Made by a program: the position numbers and the translations under genes. DNA of 32,000 nucleotides. Source: Halomicronema hongdechloris C2206. Lineage in GTDB: Bacteria; Cyanobacteriota; Cyanobacteriia; Phormidesmidales; Phormidesmidaceae. The notes under the pieces were generated by a model. That model worked only from the letters and a program-made list of their open reading frames with translations, searched no databases and was not told the DNA's origin. The DNA lies in assembly GCF_002075285.3 (NCBI RefSeq), contig NZ_CP021983.2:4260001-4292000 (forward strand), written 5' to 3'. Every line of letters begins with the position of its first letter. Positions within the stretch are counted from its first letter, which is position 1. Below are positions 18,976-29,300 of this stretch, one piece after another.

Positions 18976-21132
18976 ATGCTAATTGGTTTTCTCAGGGGCG
19001 GCCTAGGTTTAGCCTCAACCCTGCTGACCCTAGTCGGCACAGCTGGTGTGATCAGCTGTCCGGTCGCCGCCGAGATCATCACCATTGGCAACCAGAACCA
19101 CCTGCCCCAGTTGTCTGAGGCAGAGCAGGCTAAACTCGATACCCTGCTGAGCACTCGCCTGCCGATGATTCTCAGCACCATCAGCCCAGATGGGTCTACC
19201 CTGGTGCTGGCCACTGTTAATCGGGTCAGCCAAGAGGACTGGCAGGTCTGGTTTTTAGATGTGGCCAGCGGCGAACTGCAACAATCCCTGGCCTTGGATA
19301 ACGAGGTATTTAGCCCGGTCTTGCCCATACAATGGCTCGACAACACCGTGCTGCGCTTCGTGCAGGAAAGCTTATTTGGGCCTTGGGATATCGTCACCCT
19401 GAATCGCCAGACAGAAATTGTCTCCCACACCGCCATTTATCCCAGCTTGCCAGAGGAGGGCGAGGTGCTGGGGGTGTCTCCAGATTTTTCTAAGTTTGTG
19501 ATTCGGGTGTTTGAGGGCGATGAAGACGTCGTGTACCTGGTATTTCTGCCCTCCCTCGACCGCTTAGAAGTGGCTCGCTTCCCAGACGGGATGGAGATCG
19601 AACCGCCGGCTTGGTCAGAGACTGGCGATCGAGTCGCCCTGGTGATGTCCTCCGTAGAAGAGCGCCGCCTCTACGACCGCACTCCAGTCAGCCCGAATCT
19701 GGCGAATCCCGTGATTCAAGATGCCCTGGGCCGGACGCCTCCGGAGGACAATGTGTTCCTGCAGCGCAGCACCCTCAAGGTCTATGACTTTACCCAGGCA
19801 GAGCCACTGCAGTTTGAAGGACACGCTGAGGATAGCGGCGATTTGTTTGGTCAAACCGCCATCAGCCCTGACGGCCAGAGGCTCTTGGTCAAGCGGTATA
19901 AACCAGCCCGGGTGAGCGGGCGGCAGCATCCTTCCTATCTCTTTCCCCAGCAGTCTTACTATCAGGTGTACACCTTACAGGGAGATCTCTTGCAAACCTT
20001 AGATAGCCCCATATTGCAGGGTCCCCTTGAGAATGGGGGTGACTTTGTCGATGCAGACACGGCCATTTTCTTTGCCACGGTAGGGACCAATCGCCATCTC
20101 TATGTCTATGACTTGGCCACTCAGCAGATGCGATCGCTGCCATTGCCTGCCGGTGTCGTCGACTACGATGCCTGGGAAGTCACCCCCGATGGCGAGACCG
20201 TGATCTATGCCTTCTCATCGGTGAATCAACCGCCAGAGGTCTTCAAAATCGCCCTGGATGGCCAATCGCCGCCTCAGCAACTGACTGACCTCAACGCCGA
20301 GATTGCCAAGATCAACCAGGTGCAGGTGAATCCGGTCCAGTTTGACACCCGCAATGGGCCGCGAGAGGGGATCTTAGTGCAACCCCAGGGCGCTGCCTTT
20401 CCGCCCCAGGCCGCCCCCCTAGTGTTTTGGCAGCAGGGCGGACCAGGCATCAGCATGGTGAATGAGTTTGCCGTCGAGGTGGAAATGCCCCTGAACCTGC
20501 TGCCCAATTTCGGCTTGTCGGTGCTGTTAACCCCGCTAGCCGGGCGAGAGGGACTGGGCCCTGAGGCCTACCGACTACACGCCGATGGCAGTAACTTTGG
20601 GCAAGTCGATATTCTAGAGGGTGTCGACATTCTCAATCAGGTGGTGCGTCGAGGCTGGTCTAGCTTCAGCCAATTAGGCCTGACCGGCTGTTCCTACGGG
20701 GGCTACTACACCAGTCAAATGATTGCCCGCTTCCCGCGATTAGTGGCGGCGGCCAATCCCCAATGTTCTCTCTTGGATGCCTTCACGGAGTGGCAACTGG
20801 GCTACTCATCGCTGTTGTCTTATCTGGTGGGCCAAACGCCCATGGAAGATCCCCAGCGCTATGCGTATCTCTCGCCCCTGTACAACGCTGCTGCCATTCG
20901 GACTCCAACCCTGGTTTTCCACGGCTCTGAGGATTTTCTCCAGGTGGATATGGCCCGCAACTTCCACGACATTATCGCCGATAATGAGGTGCCAGTGATG
21001 ATGTATGAGTTTCAAGGGGTCGGCCACAGTTTATTGTCCGTAGACAATCAGCACCTGGCGGCCCAGTTGCAGATCGACTTTTTCCGGCGGTATCTGCGGC
21101 AGCAGCCATCGGCTCACCGCCAGGCTGACTGA
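18976..21132 (+). CDS. S9-family serine peptidase (prolyl oligopeptidase/DPP-like) with N-terminal beta-propeller and signal/anchor sequence
   Basis: 718 aa with a hydrophobic N-terminus and repeated SPDG-type propeller motifs. The alpha/beta-hydrolase triad context is GCSYGGYY (Ser), HGSEDFLQV (Asp) and GVGHSL (His). Confidence 0.85.
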   Translation: MLIGFLRGGLGLASTLLTLVGTAGVISCPVAAEIITIGNQNHLPQLSEAEQAKLDTLLSTRLPMILSTISPDGSTLVLATVNRVSQEDWQVWFLDVASGELQQSLALDNEVFSPVLPIQWLDNTVLRFVQESLFGPWDIVTLNRQTEIVSHTAIYPSLPEEGEVLGVSPDFSKFVIRVFEGDEDVVYLVFLPSLDRLEVARFPDGMEIEPPAWSETGDRVALVMSSVEERRLYDRTPVSPNLANPVIQDALGRTPPEDNVFLQRSTLKVYDFTQAEPLQFEGHAEDSGDLFGQTAISPDGQRLLVKRYKPARVSGRQHPSYLFPQQSYYQVYTLQGDLLQTLDSPILQGPLENGGDFVDADTAIFFATVGTNRHLYVYDLATQQMRSLPLPAGVVDYDAWEVTPDGETVIYAFSSVNQPPEVFKIALDGQSPPQQLTDLNAEIAKINQVQVNPVQFDTRNGPREGILVQPQGAAFPPQAAPLVFWQQGGPGISMVNEFAVEVEMPLNLLPNFGLSVLLTPLAGREGLGPEAYRLHADGSNFGQVDILEGVDILNQVVRRGWSSFSQLGLTGCSYGGYYTSQMIARFPRLVAAANPQCSLLDAFTEWQLGYSSLLSYLVGQTPMEDPQRYAYLSPLYNAAAIRTPTLVFHGSEDFLQVDMARNFHDIIADNEVPVMMYEFQGVGHSLLSVDNQHLAAQLQIDFFRRYLRQQPSAHRQAD

Positions 21133-21221
21133 CACCGGGCTAGGAGTGAGCCCTGATACTCCTTGATGCCGCTTGCTTAATGCCGCTCTTGCCAGCCCCA
21201 TTATCAGCACCTACCGTTGCC

Positions 21222-21992
21222 ATGGATGTTTGTCCCCTGCGCCTTGACATTGTTAGCCTGTTCCCCGACTTCTTCACCAGTCCCCTGCAGTCGGGGCTGA
21301 TGGGCAAGGCACTGGCTCGGCAGGTTGCCGAGATGCATTTCACCAATCCTCGGGACTTCGCCACCGATAAGCATCACAAGGTAGACGATGAGCCCTATGG
21401 CGGCGGCGTGGGCATGGTGATGAAACCGGACCCCATCTTTGCGGCGGTGGAGTCGTTGCCCTGCTATGGGCCGCGGGAAATCCTGTTGATGACGCCCCAG
21501 GGACAGCCCATGACCCAGGCGTTATTTTGGCAGCTGGCTCAGTGTCGGCAACTGGTGGTGATCTGTGGCCACTATGAAGGGGTGGATGAGCGGGTGCGCT
21601 ATCTGGTCACCCGGGAGGTGTCCCTGGGAGATTTTGTCTTGACAGGGGGTGAGATTCCGGCTTTGGCCTTACTCAATGGTGTATTGCGCCTGCGGCCGGG
21701 GACGGTAGCTAAGCCGGACTCCCTCAAGTACGAGAGCTTTGAAGCCGGACTCTTGGACTATCCCCAGTACACCCGGCCACCGGTGTTTCGAGACTGGGCT
21801 GTGCCGGAGGTGCTGTTGTCTGGCGACCACGGGGCCATTCAGCAGTGGCGCTGGCAGCAGCAACAGCAGCGCACGCGAGAGCGGCGGCCCGATCTATACC
21901 GACGCTGGTTGGCGACGCCGGCAGATGATCCTGAGCAACCTGCCATTGACCCAGTTCCTCCTAGCCAGGGAGGATCATCCCAGACTCTATGA
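21222..21992 (+). CDS. trmD: tRNA (guanine37-N1)-methyltransferase TrmD
   Basis: [13 protein letters not shown]...[17 protein letters not shown]...[12 protein letters not shown]...[13 protein letters not shown] chose ATG 21222 over the upstream ORF start. Confidence 0.9.
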   Translation: MDVCPLRLDIVSLFPDFFTSPLQSGLMGKALARQVAEMHFTNPRDFATDKHHKVDDEPYGGGVGMVMKPDPIFAAVESLPCYGPREILLMTPQGQPMTQALFWQLAQCRQLVVICGHYEGVDERVRYLVTREVSLGDFVLTGGEIPALALLNGVLRLRPGTVAKPDSLKYESFEAGLLDYPQYTRPPVFRDWAVPEVLLSGDHGAIQQWRWQQQQQRTRERRPDLYRRWLATPADDPEQPAIDPVPPSQGGSSQTL

Positions 21993-22492
21993 CGGACATT
22001 GGGGACATGACCATTCGCATTGGTAACGGCTATGACATCCATCAACTGGTGCCGCAGCGGCCGTTGATCTTAGGGGGAGTCACCATTCCCCATGACCGGG
22101 GCCTGTTGGGTCATAGCGATGCCGATGTGCTCACCCATGCCATCATGGACGCCATGCTAGGGGCCCTCAGCCTGGGGGATATTGGCCGCTATTTTCCCCC
22201 CAGTGAGCCGCAGTGGGCTGGCGCCAATAGCCTGGACCTGTTGGCTCAGGTGGGGCAGTTGATTCAGCAGCAGGGATGGCGGGTGGGCAACCTGGATACG
22301 GTGATCGTGGCCGAGCGACCGAAGCTGAAACCCCATATCGAAACGATGCGATCGCACCTAGCCACCGTCTTGCATCTACAGGTAAACCAAGTGGGGATTA
22401 AAGCCACCACCAACGAGGGGTTGGGGCCAGTGGGCCGCCAAGAGGGCATCGCTGCCTATGCCGTGGCCTTACTCTGGGCAATTCCCCGATGA
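21989..22492 (+). CDS. ispF: 2-C-methyl-D-erythritol 2,4-cyclodiphosphate synthase
   Basis: [12 protein letters not shown]...[20 protein letters not shown]... The ATG overlaps the trmD stop (ATGA). Confidence 0.9.
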   Translation: MTDIGDMTIRIGNGYDIHQLVPQRPLILGGVTIPHDRGLLGHSDADVLTHAIMDAMLGALSLGDIGRYFPPSEPQWAGANSLDLLAQVGQLIQQQGWRVGNLDTVIVAERPKLKPHIETMRSHLATVLHLQVNQVGIKATTNEGLGPVGRQEGIAAYAVALLWAIPR

Positions 22493-23154
22493 CCGCCGAC
22501 CAGCTTGACGGCCCCATTGTCTTGAGCCTGGGCCAACTTCTAGGAGGGCAGCCATCGGACCAGCCTCTGACTCCAGTTCTAGAGGTGCTGGCTATAAAAA
22601 TTACATCAAGACGCTTAATAAAGATAGTGTGAAGATTTTGGGCCGAGCCCAATCGCCATGGCAGGAACTTTTACAAAGACGGGGGCTTCTAAGTAATTAA
22701 GCGCCGACGGCGTTGCTCTGGCGAGCTTCAGCCACAAGCTCAACTCCAATCCAGTAGAGGCATTAGCCCGTCTCACCCCAGATCACCTGTCCAGGCAGGG
22801 GCCCATTTTTCAGCGATAGACGTCCCCATCAACCGATTGATAGGGAGAATTGCCGGCTACTTGAGGCTGCAAATAGCCTCAGATTTGTAAACTTACGTAA
22901 AAAATGCAGCTGGGATTATTCTTAATACGTCGTGGAGAACACCTATGCATCCGGACAATTTTTCATAGAATTATGATCGACCCTTCATAAAGCTAGTGTA
23001 AATACGGAGACAGTGTGTACACTGTAACCAATTTCGACACGCTTTCCCTGTTAGCGTAGCGTCACGCAGTGTGTAGTCTTCCCTGGGCTCTCGTCCCCGT
23101 GATTCGGCTTAGATCGTTGATGTCAGCTGTCTATATTCCTTGAGGTCGTTGCCT

Positions 23155-23529
23155 ATGGGTGCGCTCATGAAGTCCTTAATCACAACTGGCCAAACGGTGA
23201 GTGGGGTTTGCTATGGCTATGGAGCGCTTGCGGTCGCCCCGACCCATGCGGATGCCTGGTTTCAGGCGATTCCACCGGAGCGGGTTGGCCTAGGCGGTGA
23301 ATACGACCACCATGGCCTAGTTAAGCGAGTCCATTTGGCCTTTCAACATGCTGTTGGTAACGACGCCATTGCCCACCTATCCATTCGGCAACGGGGATCT
23401 GTCTTGATCTTGCATGGCCGTGTAGCGAGTCAGGCTTTGCTAGACCAATTGATCCATATCGCTATGCAGGTTGAGGGGATGACAAATCTGGAAATCCGCG
23501 ATGTTGTCATCAGGCCAGCAGCCAGTTGA
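23155..23529 (+). CDS. Hypothetical protein with C-terminal BON-like domain
   Basis: The C-terminus SVLILHGRVASQALLDQLIHIAMQVEGMTNLEIRDVVI resembles a BON domain. The start is uncertain (ATG 23155 or 23167). Confidence 0.5.
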   Translation: MGALMKSLITTGQTVSGVCYGYGALAVAPTHADAWFQAIPPERVGLGGEYDHHGLVKRVHLAFQHAVGNDAIAHLSIRQRGSVLILHGRVASQALLDQLIHIAMQVEGMTNLEIRDVVIRPAAS

Positions 23530-23540
23530 CTGACTCACGG

Positions 23541-24467
23541 CTAGCCCCCGAGAGGGGAACGACGATCTGCTACCGCCAGCCGCACCATGGATAATGCCAA
23601 GATGACGAGAAATAGGACCAAGCCAATGGCGCAGGCGTAGTTCATGTCAAGATCTTGAAATGCCTGCTCATACACATAGTAGACAATCGTCTTAGAGCTA
23701 TTGCGGGGACCGCCTTGGGTCATAATGAACACTTCTTCGAAGACTTTAGTGGCGGCGATGGCAGAAATCACCGTCACTAGCACGATGTAGGGCCACATCA
23801 GGGGCAAAGTAATGTCCCAATGGCGTCTGCAGCCATCGGAGCCGTCCATGGCTGCTGCTTCGTAGAGCTCTAGGGGGATGGTCTGTAACCCGGCCAAGTA
23901 GATCACCATGTAATAGCCCAGACCTTTCCAGACGGTCACAGCCATGACGCTCAGTAAGGCGAGGGATGGACTGGTCAGCCAGGGAATCCCCGTCTCTCGC
24001 AGCCCCGTGCCCATCAAGAGTTGATTCAGTAGCCCATTTTCGGCATAGAGCCAACGCCAGGCAATGCCTGCCACCACCATCGAGATCACCACCGGCAGGT
24101 AATAGGCAACCCGAAACCAGCGCATGCCGCGCAGGGAGCGGTTGACCAGAATCGCCAATACTAAGGGCAAGATTGCCAGAATGGGCACCACTCCAACCAG
24201 ATACAACAGGGTATTGCGAACGGTTTGCCAGAACACAGGATCCTGGAGTAATCGCTGGAAGTTGTCCCAGCCGATCCACACTGGTGGTTGGCTGAGGTCA
24301 TAGCCATAGCTGGTAAAGCTGAGGTAGAAGGCTTGCAGGGCCGGCCAGAAGACGGTTAGCCCTAGAATCGCCAAGGCTGGCAGCAAAAACAGATAGGGGA
24401 CAGTGCCAGCAAGCCAGCGCCGAGAAGACCGTTGTCGAGACGGCGGCGACACCACAGTCGATTTCAT
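23541..24467 (-). CDS. Carbohydrate-type ABC transporter permease (MalF/UgpA-like)
   Basis: Six TM helices and the EAA loop (YEAAAMDGSDGCRRHWDITLP). ATG 24467 is preceded by GGAGG. Confidence 0.85.
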   Translation of the reverse strand: MKSTVVSPPSRQRSSRRWLAGTVPYLFLLPALAILGLTVFWPALQAFYLSFTSYGYDLSQPPVWIGWDNFQRLLQDPVFWQTVRNTLLYLVGVVPILAILPLVLAILVNRSLRGMRWFRVAYYLPVVISMVVAGIAWRWLYAENGLLNQLLMGTGLRETGIPWLTSPSLALLSVMAVTVWKGLGYYMVIYLAGLQTIPLELYEAAAMDGSDGCRRHWDITLPLMWPYIVLVTVISAIAATKVFEEVFIMTQGGPRNSSKTIVYYVYEQAFQDLDMNYACAIGLVLFLVILALSMVRLAVADRRSPLGG

Positions 24468-24477
24468 CGTGCCTCCC

Positions 24478-25944
24478 CTAAAACCGCTCAACCTGAGGAA
24501 AGTGCGCCTGGGCCTGGGCTCGCGCCGCCTCGCCGCAGGTGGCCGGCGTCGGGAAAATCTTAGTAGGGTTGGCCAGGCGCTTGGGATCGATGGCCTGGCG
24601 CACCCACTGCATGGTCTCTAGGTCGGCAGCAGAGAACATGGCCGGCATGTAGCAACGCTTGTCGGCCCCAATGCCATGTTCTCCAGAAATACTGCCGCCG
24701 ACACCGACGCAGAGCTTTAAAATATCGCCCCCCAGGTCCTCGACCGCTTCCAGTTGCCCAGGCACAGAGTTGTCGTACAGGATAAGGGGATGCAGGTTGC
24801 CGTCACCGGCATGAAAGACATTGGCCACCCGATAGCCATGGCGCTGACTCAGGGCTTCAATGTCTCGCAGCACTTGAGGCAGTTGGGTGCGGGGAATGAC
24901 GCCGTCCTGGACGTAGTAGTCAGGGCTGAGTTTGCCCATGGCGGCAAAGGCCGCTTTACGCCCTTTCCAGAGGCGCAGTCGCTCTTCGGCATCGACGGCG
25001 ACAGTCACCTGGCGGGCACCGTTGCGATCGCAAATGGCCCGAATCCGCTCACTGTTATCGGCCACCTCGGCCGCCAAGCCATCGATTTCGATTAACAAAA
25101 TAGCGGCGGCATCCCTGGGGTAGCAGGCCGTGGCCACCACATCCTCGACCGCATTGATGCTGAAATTATCCATCATCTCCATTCCCGCCGGGACGATGCC
25201 GGCGCCAATGATGTCTGATACGGTGGCCCCAGCCGCTTCCACACTGGTAAAGTCGGCCAGCAGCACTTGCACTGCCTCCGGAGCCTTGAGAATACGCAAG
25301 GTAATTTCTGTGGCAATGCCCAGGGTCCCCTCCGAGCCGACCACCAGCCCGGCCAGATCATAGCCTGGGGTCTCGGCTACCTTGCCGCCGACCTCGACCA
25401 CCTCGCCCGGGGGCAGTACCAGAGTCAGCCCCAGGACATGATTCGTCGTCACCCCATACTTGAGGCAATGGACGCCTCCGGAATTTTCAGCCACGTTTCC
25501 CCCCACCGAACACACGCTCTGGCTAGAGGGATCCGGAGCGTAGTAAAATCCAGCCCCACTCACCGCCTGGGTCACCCAGTGATTGATCACCCCGGGTTGT
25601 ACCCGGACCCGTTGATTCTCGATATCCACCTCGATCTGGCGCATCATGGCCGTCACAATCAGCACCGAATCCGCCAAGGGCAAGGCCCCCCCAGATAGCC
25701 CCGTCCCTGCCCCTCGGGCTACAAAGGGGACGTCGAAGCGATGACAAACGGCTACGGCTGCCGCCACTTGCTCGGTGGTTCGCGGCAACACCACTACCGC
25801 TGGACGCTGGCGATAGCTGGTCAGGCCATCGCACTCATACACCAGCAATTCTTCTCGACGCCGCACCACCTGGTCGCGACCCACTGCCGCCTCTAAAGCC
25901 TGAATCACCGGCGGCCAATTACGACTCTGTGCCTGAGTTACCAT
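24478..25944 (-). CDS. glcD: Glycolate oxidase subunit GlcD (FAD-linked oxidase)
   Basis: 488 aa with an FAD_binding_4 pattern (VVLPRTTEQV...ARGAGTGLSGGALP) and a C-terminal FAD-oxidase domain (SGEHGIGADK). Confidence 0.85.
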   Translation of the reverse strand: MVTQAQSRNWPPVIQALEAAVGRDQVVRRREELLVYECDGLTSYRQRPAVVVLPRTTEQVAAAVAVCHRFDVPFVARGAGTGLSGGALPLADSVLIVTAMMRQIEVDIENQRVRVQPGVINHWVTQAVSGAGFYYAPDPSSQSVCSVGGNVAENSGGVHCLKYGVTTNHVLGLTLVLPPGEVVEVGGKVAETPGYDLAGLVVGSEGTLGIATEITLRILKAPEAVQVLLADFTSVEAAGATVSDIIGAGIVPAGMEMMDNFSINAVEDVVATACYPRDAAAILLIEIDGLAAEVADNSERIRAICDRNGARQVTVAVDAEERLRLWKGRKAAFAAMGKLSPDYYVQDGVIPRTQLPQVLRDIEALSQRHGYRVANVFHAGDGNLHPLILYDNSVPGQLEAVEDLGGDILKLCVGVGGSISGEHGIGADKRCYMPAMFSAADLETMQWVRQAIDPKRLANPTKIFPTPATCGEAARAQAQAHFPQVERF

Positions 25945-26195
25945 TGCCTGCTGCCATCAACCTATGGCTCCAGCATAGCGAGAATCCCGATCCCGAAGCA
26001 GGGGGGAGGACATCACACCAGCCCCTAAAGCCTATTTGACCATAACCCTGCCGGGATCGCTTCGCGAGCGGGAGCCACTGACGTCCTTGGCGAAGCCGTT
26101 CGGCTGAGCTCAGGCCGAGGCCTGGCTGCAAGCCATACACGGCAAGCCCATCCACCCATTCACTCTGGCCAAACGGTAGTAAACCTACGCCCCTT

Positions 26196-26333
26196 TGTGC
26201 TAGGTGCTGATGTACTAGTACTCGTCGGCGGAAATAATCCCCCCTGTTGGTTCAAGGCAGAAGCCTTGATACGTCGAGAATTTCCCTTCTGCCTTCTGCC
26301 CTTTTCCTTCTGCCTTTCTGTGCTAGGTGCTGA
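26196..26333. repeat. 108-bp hairpin/GGCAGAAGG-rich insert bracketed by 15-bp direct repeats (TGTGCTAGGTGCTGA)
   Basis: Exact 15-mers at 26196-26210 and 26319-26333. The second contains the stop codon of the CheA-like gene. The internal inverted repeat is GGCAGAAG...CTTCTGCC. Confidence 0.6.
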
Positions 26334-29300
26334 CACTGGAGATATCTTCCCCATTCAGCATGCGTTGGGCCGCATCCAGCAGTACCTCTTCCAGATAGGG
26401 TTTGGTGAAATAGCCCTTTGCCCCTAGGTCTACTGCCATCTGGCGGTGTCGGTCTGCCCCCCGTGAGGTCAGCATGGCGATGGGAATTTGCTGCAACTGC
26501 TCATCCTTTTGCAGTCGCGAGAGCAGCTCCAGACCATCCATACGAGGCATTTCGATATCGCAGAACACCAAGTCGCAGGGCATGCCAGACCGCAGTTTCT
26601 CCCAGGCTTCCTGGCCATCTCGGGCCTGCTCTACTCGATAGCCCACCTTGTTGAAACTCATAGACAGCAATTCCCGCACCGTGATGGAATCGTCCACAAT
26701 CAAGACCGTGGGCTCCGATGGCATGGCCGGCGTGCCCGAAGCTGCGATCGCATCCTCCTCGGTCTGGCTCCAGATAGAGCCACTGGCGTCCCGTCGCACT
26801 CGGCCCAGGGAGAGATCAATCAGCTCTAACACATCGGCGATCGGCATGACGCGGCCGTCTCCTAGGACGGTTGCCCCGGCGATCCCCATGGGTTTGGGCA
26901 CAGGGCCTTCGATCTGCTTGATCACGATCTCCTGCTCGCCAATCACCTGGTCAATTTGCAATGCCACATGGGTATTGGCACTCCGTAAGACCACGATCGA
27001 GATCAGATCCTCATCCTGATGGCCGCCATAGACGCGGCCGCGGCCCAGAGTCCGGTTAAACTGCAGTAAATCCGACAGGGGTTGGAAGGGCAATAGGGTA
27101 TCGCGCCAGAGGATACAGGCCTGTCCCTGATCATTGTGCTGGATGCGCTCCCGGGGAATGTCAAACATGTCTTCTACCCCATCCATGGGGAAGGCAATGC
27201 GAGCCTGATTGTTCAGACAGCTGAGGGCCTTCGAAATACTGAGGGTTAGGGGAAGACGAATGGTGAAACTACTGCCTTGACCGGGTTCAGAGTCAATGGT
27301 CACCGTGCCCCTGACATCGGCCAGGGCGGTGCGGACCACATCCATGCCCACCCCACGACCAGCAAAGACATCGGCTTGATCCCGGGTACTGAATCCCGGC
27401 TGGAACAGCAGTTCATAGAGCTCAAGTTTCGAGAAGCTATTGGCCACCTCAGCAGACATCACCCCCCGCTCTATGGCCTTCCGTTTCACCATCTCTGGAT
27501 CAATGCCAGCCCCATCGTCAGAGATATAAATGACGGTTTGATTGCCCTGATAGAAGGCCCGTATGGTGATCACGCCTTCCCGGGGTTTACCAGCGGCTAT
27601 GCGCTCCTCTGGCTGCTCGATGCCATGGGTGATGGCATTGTTGACCAGATGGGTCATGGGGTCATACAGCCGCTCTAGAATCATCTTGTCAATCAAGGTG
27701 TCTCGCCCCTCGACCACCAGGCGAGCCTCTTTGCCAAATTTCAGGGAGATGTCCCGCACTGCCCGGGGCAACCGGTCAGCGGTTTGGGCAAAGGGCACCA
27801 TGCGAGCCTTGTTCAGGCCCTCTTGCAATTGACTGGTGACCTGACGGAACTGCCGCGTCACTTGGTCGGCCGATTGAATGGTGTAGTCAATGTCGGAGGC
27901 CGACTCTCGCACCCGCACAATCAGCTCAATCATTTCTTGCGAGAGGGTATGGAATCCGGTAAACCGGTCCATTTCTAAGGCATCAAAGGTAGCCCCAGTG
28001 GCATGCCCCCCGCCATTGCCTCCTTGATGAGCACGACTGCGGCTCTGCAGCGCTTGCCGATTTGAAATCAGAGAGCTTTCTAGGAGTGAACGTTCGTATA
28101 AGTCCCGCAACCGCTGTCCCACATCGTTCAGCTGCTGGACTTGAAACAGCAGGTTATCGAGAAACTGCCGCAGCCGTTCTTGATCCTGCTCTAGGGAGTT
28201 ACGGTTGACCACGAGTTCTCCCACCAGGTTGCTGAGATTATCCAGGTGCTTCACCGACACCCGCATCGTCTGCTCAGACAGGAGATTGGGACGGCGGCTA
28301 GGGCGGCGGCCACTCATGGCGGCGCGGTGGCTCCCTACGGTGGGGGCAGAGCCGCCCAGGTGATCGGCTTCTTCCAGGAGTTTTTCTAGATCCTCAAATT
28401 CATTGTCCCCTGAGGCAGCGGTTAATGGGGACCGAGGGGACGGTTCGGCCTCCGCCGGGGCAGGCGGGGTGTCATCCAGCCGGGTATCCAGTTCGGCCAG
28501 GTCATCGGGTTGCCCTGACGGCTCCGACGCCGGGCTCACTGTCGCGGCGGCCGGTTCCTCTGCCAGTAAGGACTCTAGGTCGTCGAAGTCAGCCCCAGAG
28601 TCTTCAGAGTCTTCAGAATCTTGGGCAGGTGCGATCGCATCCTCTGCCGTGGGCTCATCCTGCAGCTCCGCGGCAAAATCGCCAAACAAATCCTCGGTCT
28701 CATCGGCATCAGCGTCGTCGGAGACAGCAGCAGATGCAGTGGTCTCCGCGGCTAAATCATCGGGGAAATCGTCGCCCAAGAGCGCATCAATATCGTCGGC
28801 CTCATCGCCATCAGCCCCGGCTGCCGCTTCCCCGGCTAAGTCAGGGAAGTCCTCCCAGTCGGCAGCGACATCATCCCCCCACAGATCATCCCTCTGTTCA
28901 GCATTTGCCGAGGCAGCAGTAAGGCTAGTGGGCTCTTCGGAGAACGCTTCTAGGTCGATCTCGGCTGCCGTTGGCTCTGCCGTTAAGGATAGCCAGTCTT
29001 CTGTATCCTCTGTATCCTCTGAGGCCGTAGATGCCTCAGTCCCGTCGCCGTGGACATCACCTTCAGCCTCGAGGGCAAGCTTGAGCCAGTCATCCTCACT
29101 GAGGTCTAGGTCGGCATCCTCTGCCGACTCTTCTGAAAGGTTCTCTAGGAACGGGGTCAGATTATCGAGTTCCTCAGCCGTTGCTGCCCCCTCAACCATT
29201 GCTGACTCAGACGCAGTCGAGCTGTCGTCCTCTGGGCCGCCCATGTCCCAAGCAATGTCGGTCTCGCCAGACTTCTCAGTATTGTCATCACTAGTATCGT

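Noticed and set aside
22489-22632. 47-aa ORF whose ATG overlaps the ispF stop (ATGA)
   Set aside because: The overlap is suggestive, but the peptide has no recognisable motif and no RBS distinct from coding sequence. Its 3' half runs into AT-rich intergenic DNA, so the evidence is insufficient.
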